Shown here in pieces: positions 55,847-64,000 of a stretch of 64,000 nt of DNA; position 1 is the stretch's first letter; every line of letters begins with the position of its first letter. Location: positions 310,001 to 374,000 of the forward strand of contig JAHLTZ010000003.1 in the NCBI GenBank assembly GCA_025786725.1, given 5' to 3'. Position numbers and translations under genes: made by a program. This DNA comes from Syncephalis fuscata S228 (taxonomy: Eukaryota; Fungi; Zoopagomycota). The notes under the pieces were generated by a model, which was given only the letters and a program-made list of their open reading frames with translations, ran no database searches and was not told the DNA's origin.

Positions 55847-56407
55847 TGCGTAATAGTTTGAATAACCTAATAAAACAATGCAATTATAAATATGATTTAT
55901 ATAGATATTTAATTTAATTATAAAATAACATGCACTAAGTATACAATTATGCAATTACTTATAAGTAGCTTAACAAATGGTTTTGGCTTGTAAATTTTTG
56001 ATAGAAAAGTTCAAGACAGTTTCAACATGTGATATGTTGTTGAATATTACATTTGTGTAACCATTATGTCGAATGTAAAGCGCATGCTTCATCATTATTT
56101 TCAGGCTTTCTTTGTTCTCGTATACACACTTGCAAATGTATAAATTATAACATGCGATACAACCACATGAACATAATCATTGCCATTTTCAATAAAATAG
56201 TCCTTGAATACCACATGAATGCGAATAACATTTATTAAAGCAGTATTGCATGGTATATTCATCCAGTCTGTCACTTATTCTATTGCTCTGTATTTGCGCC
56301 CAACACTCGTACTATTTGTAACTCTGTTTATTAGAGTTAGCAGGTCTGCTCTATTCTGTTATAGTCAACTCATATCACCAACTACTTGAATTTATTACTC
56401 AACCAAC

Positions 56408-57921
56408 ATGCGTTTCCTAAATCCCCCGCATGAACCACTTCACTTGTAATATCGCGTTTCCTATTCTTAGTTATAGGGGCTGCTGGATAATTTTTATTAT
56501 TGTTAATCAATTCTCTGATTACTTGAGTGAAAGATACTTATCAAATTGAGTATCATACCGAAACAATTAATGTACCAACTCTACTATTTCGAACAATAGC
56601 ACCTGTATATAGATGTTCATATAATGTCGGTGTAATACAAATAGGATTTAAGATACAAAATGTGATGTTAAAAGTTTGATGATATAAATGGAATGAGAAT
56701 GTAACTGATACAACTATTTGATTCAAGATTGGAAGACAGTCGAATCAGCAATATCTCTCATCAAATAACTCAGTACTCAGCATGGTCATGATAAAGCCTA
56801 ATATTAATCATACTTTGTTCCGGCAACTAACAATTTGAGGAGACCAGCGCAAGCGATCGATTTATTAAGATTTCCTATGTGGTAAAACGGCGCCTCGATC
56901 AGATACGTTTAACACTGTGGGCCTTTCTAATTTTCAAACTGACATATTTGTCATCAACGATCCCGATTTACTTGATCCAACAAAGTCTGGCCAATTACTT
57001 GAATTGGGCAGAATTCCTTCTAAAGATCGGTTTACCGTAAAAGGTGGCAATAATGTTAATATTGATTTCCTCAAAACTTATAAAAAAAGAATCAAATTGA
57101 GGCTGTGTATAATTTTGGGTTTTATGAACAGCGGGGAGTAGAACCAACAATGATGGGAATTAACATTACTCCTCGTAATGACCCAGCTGAAGGTAGCGAT
57201 GCTTTTACAGTAAAAGAAGAAATCTCACGACGTCCTGCCGGCTTGTTTCAAGCATTTGGTGCGACTGGTGGTGCTATATCGATATTTATTATTATTTTTA
57301 TTATACTCTTTGGTCAATGTCGTCTTCGTCCTTGGGGATCATTCAACGATACATTATGCGCAATAAAATGCTTAGTATTCTACCACCGTCCATGGTCAGC
57401 ATAAAATCACATTATAATCCTAGATTTAATCAAGGATCAGCTACTGATATGACATTTATAAATATGCCAAATTCAGAACAACGTGGCACAACATCAGGTT
57501 ATCAAAGTCTACCATCAATACATATCGGCACGAAATGCCAGATAATGACAGATCCCAACATATACCGTCTATATTGACTAATGGCAGACAATCACACATC
57601 TCTACTGCTGACACTCATGTAGTGAAATAAGCGAGCTTAAGCAATGATGGAAACACAATGAAGCAATTTACAATGATGTCAAATCGACTTGCAACTCTTG
57701 AAGGTGACACAATACACATAACAGTAATATAATGCTAGATAAACCAACTCCAGATAAGCATGGCTACCAAATACTTCAATAGCTCAGTATAGCAAAACAT
57801 TTGTATCTTCAGGTAATTCATCATCAGTTGAAGCTCGCTTATCAGACGTCGAAGCTTTCCAACATCGATAAAAACATTTTATTTATCATCTGACTTGTTT
57901 AAAGACAATTCGTTTAATTAA
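56408..57921 (+). pseudogene. Frameshifted paralogue of the 2-TM protein at 59920-61560
   Basis: Same start MRFLNPPHE and end SDLFKDNSFN*, many 1-nt deletions, and lacks part of the coiled coil. Confidence 0.8.
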
Positions 57922-58480
57922 TATTACAATAAACTAATTAGTTATATTACCATAATAACTATATATTTAAAACTAAAAAAGTATGTATCATTTAGCTATT
58001 AAACAGTTTTAAGCATTGATTATGCACACTATAATATTGTTTGATGACAATATAATTACAAGGCAATAATAGTAATGAATACCTGAAATGTTTTATTAAA
58101 TTACTAAGATTATTGTAAATAAAATAATTAAGCAAAATAATAACAAAATACTTGTAAATCAAAGTTCAATGCTTTATTATGAGCAAATCATGTATATATC
58201 TATATTGAACACATGCTACATAAATATCCAAATAAATGTATATGTTGAGTAATCTCCAAGTAATCCATGCCTTTGGTTTTATATTCAGCTTACGACAATA
58301 TAAACAGCCAATGATAAGACTAAACAATATAATAGTTAATAATATCACTATTGCATTAGAGCGAATTTATATGTTGAATATGCTTAATAGACAAATGGAA
58401 CATTATGGCAAATATTATGTAATGGTCAATAAATAAAACATGATAAAATTATATAAATTTATCATAAATTACTACATATT

Positions 58481-59074
58481 TTATTTTGTTCGACATGGAC
58501 CAAAGTCTGGCTTATCATAGGCATTACCACATGTTTCAAGCATTCGGTCAATACAATATACTAGATTGTTAGAATTATTAGAAATTTGACTAATAATTCT
58601 TGCGCAATTTACATATAAAACACCATTTGTTCTGTAAATGCAAAGTGGCCGATTTGCATAGCTTTGGGCGAGGTAACGTTGACCATTAAGCAGATTCGTA
58701 GAAAAGTTATTACGAGAGAACATATAATGCTTTGCTTGCTCTTTATCCAAAATTCCATTAAATGACCTAGACTCTGGTATAAACGCAACGCCATTTTGAG
58801 AATTCATAGGATAACTTGCTTGAGAACTACCTGAAAATAAATTTTCAAGTATTTTATAAAACGATTGACTATTTTGATTGTCGCTTGATTTTATAGCTTT
58901 TCCTAAAGATTTTAAATCATATATCCACATGTTTTGGTTTGGCAAATTCGTCTTTGGTAGAACCCTGTTTAAAATAAAAGGCGTTTGGGAATCATCTTGA
59001 AGTTTAGAATCAGTAGGTGCTGCTATCACCACCGATAGTAAAACAAGTGAAATAAATATAACGTGGAATAGCAT
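58481..59074 (-). CDS. Small secreted protein, 197 aa, intronless, candidate effector
   Basis: Signal peptide MLFHVIFISLVLLSVVIA-APT. Five Cys clustered in the C-terminal third. Confidence 0.75.
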   Translation of the reverse strand: MLFHVIFISLVLLSVVIAAPTDSKLQDDSQTPFILNRVLPKTNLPNQNMWIYDLKSLGKAIKSSDNQNSQSFYKILENLFSGSSQASYPMNSQNGVAFIPESRSFNGILDKEQAKHYMFSRNNFSTNLLNGQRYLAQSYANRPLCIYRTNGVLYVNCARIISQISNNSNNLVYCIDRMLETCGNAYDKPDFGPCRTK

Positions 59075-59127
59075 GCTTGAAATGCTAATATGCTATCACG
59101 ATAAATGGGATGCTTGATATAAACAAA

Positions 59128-59197
59128 ATGCAGTTAATGATTGACAGTATGGAAATGCAGTTAATGATTGACAGTATGGAAATGCAGCTAATGCTTG
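59128..59197. repeat. 27-bp tandem repeat upstream of the secreted-protein gene
   Basis: ATGCAGTTAATGATTGACAGTATGGAA twice plus a degenerate third unit. Confidence 0.85.
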
Positions 59198-59919
59198 AAA
59201 ATACAGAAATGCTAAACAAGAAGAATGCAATGAAATGAATGCGAAATGAAGAGTATATCACTAACTCTGTATCGTTCACTCGTAGTCTTATACAAAGGAT
59301 AGCACACAATAATAATTATCCAACTATTGGGCAAAGTCGATACTGAGATTGGCAAAATACGTCATTTGCCTATTTATTATACCTTTGCGCCTTTGACGTT
59401 GCCATTTAAATGAATATTGAAATTATTTCATTATTTAGTCTTCATCACTGAATGTGTATTTATGTAACTATTTACAAATAGCGTAGTATATGGCTTTGTT
59501 TACAGCTGTTTAATTAAAAAGTTTATGATAATTTCAGCATGTGGTAGACTGTTCAATATTACATTCGTGTAACAATCAAGTTGAATGTGAAGCACATGCT
59601 TCATCAACTATTTCCACGCTCTTTGTTTTCGTATGCGTTCTTCCAAACGCGTGACTTATAACATGCGGTTGCACAGCATGGACATGATTTGTTGCCATGC
59701 CCAGTAGAATAGTCCTTGAATATTACATGAATGCGAATAACATTTATTAAAGCAGTATTGCATGGTATATTCATCCAGTCTGCCACTTATTCTATTGCTC
59801 TGTATTTGCGCCCAACACTCGTACTATTTGTAACTCTGTTTATTAGAGTTAGCAGGTCTGCTCTATTCTGTTATAGTCAACTCATATCACCAACTACTTG
59901 AATTTATTACTCAACCAAC

Positions 59920-61560
59920 ATGCGTTTCCTAAATCCCCCCCATGAACCAACTTCACTTGTAATATCGCGTTTCCTATTCTTAGTTATAGGGGCTGCTGGA
60001 TTAATTTTTTTTATTGTTAAGCAATTCAGTGACTTACTCGAGCTAAAAGATACCTATCAAATTGAATATCATACTGAAACAATTGTTATGCCAACTCTAT
60101 TATTTCGAACAATAGTGGCATCTAATATCGATATTCAATATGGTGCCGGCATTAACACTAAATCAGATTTTAAGCTATACGACCAATCTGAAATTAAAAA
60201 TGTATTTGATATAGTCAAATGGAAGGAGAATGTAACTGATGCAAACTATTTAATTCAAGATTGGAAGTCACTTGGTGTTAAACAAATATCTCCCTCTCTA
60301 AATAACTCGGCTCTCGACATGGTTATGATAAAGCCTAATATTAATCTTACCTTTGTTCCGGCACGTCGAAGCAATTTCAAAAGTCCTAATTCAGGCAAAG
60401 TACCTATTGTTGATTTTGTTATGTGGATCATCATGCAGCCTCGAACAGATGCCTCATCCGCTGCTTTACAGCTTTCTAATTTTCAAACCGACATATTTGT
60501 TATCAACAATCCCGATTTACTTGATCCAACAAAATATGGCCGGCCACTTGAATTGGCCAGAATTCCCTCTAAAGATCGATTTACTGTAAAAGGCGGCAGT
60601 AATATTAATATTGATTTTCTTAAAACCTATAAGAAAAAGAATCAAACTGAAACGGTGTATGACTTTGGATTTTATGACCAGCAAGCTGCAGATTCAACAG
60701 TAATAGGAATTAATATTACTCCTCGTAATGAACCAGCTGAAGATAGCGATGCTTTTACAGTAAAAGAAGAAATCTCACGACGCCCTGTTGGTTTATTTCA
60801 AGTGTTTGGTGCGACTGGTGGTGCTATATCGATTTTTATTTTTATTTTTATTATACTCTTTGGTCAATGCCGTCTTCGTCCTTGGGGAATCATTCAACGA
60901 TACATTATGCGCAATAGAATGCTTAGTATTCTACCACCGTCCATGGTCAGCATAAAATCACATTATAATCCTGGATCTAATCAAGAATCAGCTACTGATA
61001 TGACATTTATAAATATGCCAAATTCAGAACAACGTGGCACAGCATCCTGGCAACCAAAACCTGTCGACAACCGTTCATATCAACACGAGCCACTAGATGA
61101 TGCCATATCTCAACGTATACCATCTATATTTATTAATGATGAGAACAAACAATCATATGCTGTTGCAGATGCTCGTGCTAGTGAAATTCGTGAACTTAAA
61201 GCAATGATGGCAGCACAGAAAACACAAATACAAGAGCAGCAAGCACAAATGGAAACTCAAAAAAATAGGATGGAAGCACAAATGGTAACTCAAATGAGAC
61301 AACTTGCAATGATGTCAAATCAACTTGCAGTGCTTGAAGGTGATACAAATACAAACAACAGTGCTATAATGCTAAATAAACCAACTCCGGATAAGACATG
61401 CCTAGCAAGTACTTCGATAAATCAGTATAGTAAAGCAATTTTGTCTTCAGACATTTCGTCGTCGCTTGAAGCTCGCGTTTCAAACATTGAGGCTTTTCAG
61501 TATCGATTGGAAACATTTTACTTATCATCTGACTTGTTTAAAGACAATTCATTTAATTAA
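59920..61560 (+). CDS. Intronless 2-TM membrane protein with large ecto-loop and cytosolic coiled coil
   Basis: TM1 at residues ~17-33, TM2 GATGGAISIFIFIFIILFG, LRPWGIIQRY, Q/M/E-rich coiled coil. Confidence 0.85.
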   Translation: MRFLNPPHEPTSLVISRFLFLVIGAAGLIFFIVKQFSDLLELKDTYQIEYHTETIVMPTLLFRTIVASNIDIQYGAGINTKSDFKLYDQSEIKNVFDIVKWKENVTDANYLIQDWKSLGVKQISPSLNNSALDMVMIKPNINLTFVPARRSNFKSPNSGKVPIVDFVMWIIMQPRTDASSAALQLSNFQTDIFVINNPDLLDPTKYGRPLELARIPSKDRFTVKGGSNINIDFLKTYKKKNQTETVYDFGFYDQQAADSTVIGINITPRNEPAEDSDAFTVKEEISRRPVGLFQVFGATGGAISIFIFIFIILFGQCRLRPWGIIQRYIMRNRMLSILPPSMVSIKSHYNPGSNQESATDMTFINMPNSEQRGTASWQPKPVDNRSYQHEPLDDAISQRIPSIFINDENKQSYAVADARASEIRELKAMMAAQKTQIQEQQAQMETQKNRMEAQMVTQMRQLAMMSNQLAVLEGDTNTNNSAIMLNKPTPDKTCLASTSINQYSKAILSSDISSSLEARVSNIEAFQYRLETFYLSSDLFKDNSFN

Positions 61561-62059
61561 TATTTACAATAAACTAATTAGTAATTACTGGCTACTTTCG
61601 CTTCATTCATCAATTTCAATGCTATTCACTGTTTATTCGCACTCATATTAATGCATTATATAATTGTGTTTGTACTATTATGTTGTTACTTGTTTCTAAC
61701 ATTATTATCTACTAGTAAACATGCTCAGTTTATTCAATACATAGTTTATTCATTGTTCAAACTGAATATCATTATGCGCAACATAAATATAGCAAATAGA
61801 AAATTTAATAAATAATATCAGGCTAAATATTGCAATACTTGCTATATAAACATATATGAACAAACTAAATAATAAAACAAAAAAATAAAATTCTTATTAT
61901 ATTAATAATATTTAATATAATTACGAATCAGTACAATTCATTGTATTGCTGATACGTTTTACGTAAAAAATTTTGATTTAAATAAAAATATATATTATTA
62001 GCTAATGAGGTGTGTATGCATGAATAGTGTAATAACATATTTTACCGATCAGTGTTTAC

Positions 62060-63759
62060 TAGCTGTTGAATGCAAATGCAAATAAACAAAACTATGGAAA
62101 GTGCTTAAATATAATTAAAATGAAATCATGTATTTATTACCAATTTGCACAGTTGAATAGGCATAACTCAGACTTGTTGACAATACGATGATGCTATTGA
62201 TTAATAGTTGAATAAAACGAGAGCATTGGCTGTAACTTGGTATGTAAGTGAAATGAATGATCGTCATTGAATGGTCTTGATTTTGCCAAAGATATGCCTA
62301 ATATATTGCTCTGGCACCTCCATTTACACCACCAATGCTAATCTATTGAATATACAGGCTAAACTGTATCGATAGTATATATGTAGAATGTGCCATATAA
62401 GCAGCATATAAATTAATGCTATACGATGTCACTTACATTCTATTAATACAAGTTATCAAGTGCACACATTGAATGACATGTAAAAAATATAAAATTGGTT
62501 AATATAGCATACTACTTACCAACTATCAATATAGTTATTAAATATACACAACGTATATTGTTTAATTAGCATATAGCTATTTAATATAAAATGCCACTTA
62601 CCAGCTATTGATATTAGATTGTTAAACACACACAGCGCATAGCATGTAATTAGTTTATATTTATTTGATACAAAACATCACTTGCCAACTATTAGTATTA
62701 TTATTGGATATGCATAATATATAAAATATAATTGGTATGTAACCAAACAATATACAATTCCACTTACTGGCAGCTGTTATGTGTTATAATGGCCATCATG
62801 TGTATAATAGTGTCGATAAGTGTTGGAATAATGATCCATAATCACAACTTATGTTCTAATGATGCATTAGGTAAACATAGTGTTAATAAGTATACTAATT
62901 TACATATTTATTGTAATTGCAACATACCACGGCGAGCTAGAACTGGCTTAGCATCCACCACAATCATAGTGGCCACAAGAGCCACGACAATGGTACCGAC
63001 GACAGCAATAGAAAGATTCATGTTAATACTGGATCGTTAAAAGAAACAAGTAGAATGGAAGATGGTATGTGTTTATTATAAATAATCCGATACATAGGCG
63101 GTAGAAATCTACATACAAGTCTATACAGCACCATTACACAGCTCAACTACACGTCGCAAACTAGATCTATTGGCTTTAAAAAAACAGCGACAATGCGCCA
63201 TTATGCTTCTATTGTCACTTTTACCGGCAAAATCAATTTCCATACTTGCATGCATTCCAAACAGTCCATAACATCAATGCAACAGTAACATTGATACGCT
63301 GTAATATTGCTTATTGCAGGACCTATCACTATGCATAGACTAGTCGTACTGTCTAGAACTATGAGGATATACCGATTGACGTGTACTTGTTCAAATTAAC
63401 ATTGCACCTTGACTACAGGAATAAACAGCTCATTTTAGCACTATAATATCAACTATCAATACAAAATGTTTTAACAAACAGTTTCTAGCATTGGCTATTG
63501 GATGTTGGATAGCAGCATTTATAATAAGGCATCAAGTTTAGCATTGATATTATTAATTGTTTGGTCATTAGGCAATGTAAAGACGCTAAACTGCACCATC
63601 AAACTGTCTATTACATATAGTTAGTTCTGAGTGTACAGCAATAATACGCGGCCTATTAATCAGTGGTAATCTTAATGCACATATGAGTTATTTAGCCAAT
63701 AAACAAATAAAATACTATGGTATAATAGAACATACTAACAGTGAAATAATAATAAATAA
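62060..63759. repeat. Dispersed repeat copy 3 (~1.7 kb) carrying the micro-exon peptide gene
   Basis: Matches copies 1 and 2 in the same orientation. Confidence 0.97.
62359..63021 (-). CDS. Micro-exon gene encoding a 39-aa secreted prepropeptide MNLSIAVVGTIVVALVATMIVVDA-KPVLARR-EPAIAVEF
   Basis: Exons 63021-62928, 62855-62853, 62773-62768, 62688-62686, 62604-62602, 62522-62520, 62439-62437, 62363-62359. Introns 72, 79, 79, 81, 79, 80, 73 nt, all with YAG acceptors. Donors gtatgt, ataagt (non-canonical), gtaagt, gcaagt, gtaagt, gtaagt, gtaagt. TATTTATA upstream (~63077-63084) and AATAAA downstream (~62133-62138). Confidence 0.75.
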
Positions 63760-63887
63760 TTCATTTTTTAAAAATAAACCATTTGTAATTATATTTATAT
63801 CAACACAAGAATGATGACGATTATATCAGGGTGCAACAGTGCAAATAACACTCGTTTTACTTGACTATTTCCATTCCAACTACAATT

Positions 63888-64000
63888 ATGTTACAGTCAA
63901 CGCCCAAGGACGCGCCACCCGGCGAGCGTACAGTATGGGCACGTAATGCACTACTGCTTATCGGTATCATATTCCACGTTACTTATATCTTTAGTATTTT
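63888..64000 (+). CDS. MCD4: 5' end of GPI ethanolamine-phosphate transferase 1 (Mcd4/PIG-N), runs off the window
   Basis: MLQSTPK...LLLIGIIFHVTYIFSIF matches the Mcd4 N-terminal motif G..FH..Y..SIFDIYF. Confidence 0.8.
   Translation, partial: MLQSTPKDAPPGERTVWARNALLLIGIIFHVTYIFSI

Noticed and set aside
62732-63040. Plus-strand ORFs in the three-copy repeat (also 10989-11240 and 34352-34612)
   Set aside because: Antisense shadows of the minus-strand signal-peptide exon and its introns. Starts differ between copies and the products are not protein-like.
1-64000. tRNA, rRNA or CRISPR arrays
   Set aside because: None recognisable by eye. A covariance-model scan would be needed to exclude small ncRNAs.

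Overview
AT-rich eukaryotic DNA with many short spliceosomal introns. Gene content points to an early-diverging fungus; a Zoopagomycota/Syncephalis-like mycoparasite is my inference, not a database result. Conserved genes: Cch1/NALCN-type Ca2+ channel, Chs4/Skt5 Sel1 protein, NEDD1, Asn-tRNA synthetase, importin-4/Kap123, an SDR, Mad3/BubR1, cytochrome b561, NELF-A and the start of MCD4. These alternate with three accessory islands (~9.4-18 kb, ~31.6-41.4 kb, ~54.2-63.8 kb) rich in duplicated and secreted-protein genes. Main highlight: a three-copy minus-strand gene, missed by the ORF track, whose signal and pro-peptide are followed by a mature peptide built almost codon by codon from 3-6 nt micro-exons spaced by 72-81 nt introns (spliced product ...KPVLARR-EPAIAVEF*). 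Other highlights: a full-length fungal NELF-A orthologue, secreted pseudokinases with hypervariable patches inside a near-identical inverted duplication, a CpG-decayed Fanzor/TnpB relic with downstream hairpins, and ENaC/PAC-topology membrane proteins. Single-base frameshifts in essential genes suggest uncorrected long-read indel errors, so pseudogene calls based on indels alone are unreliable here.
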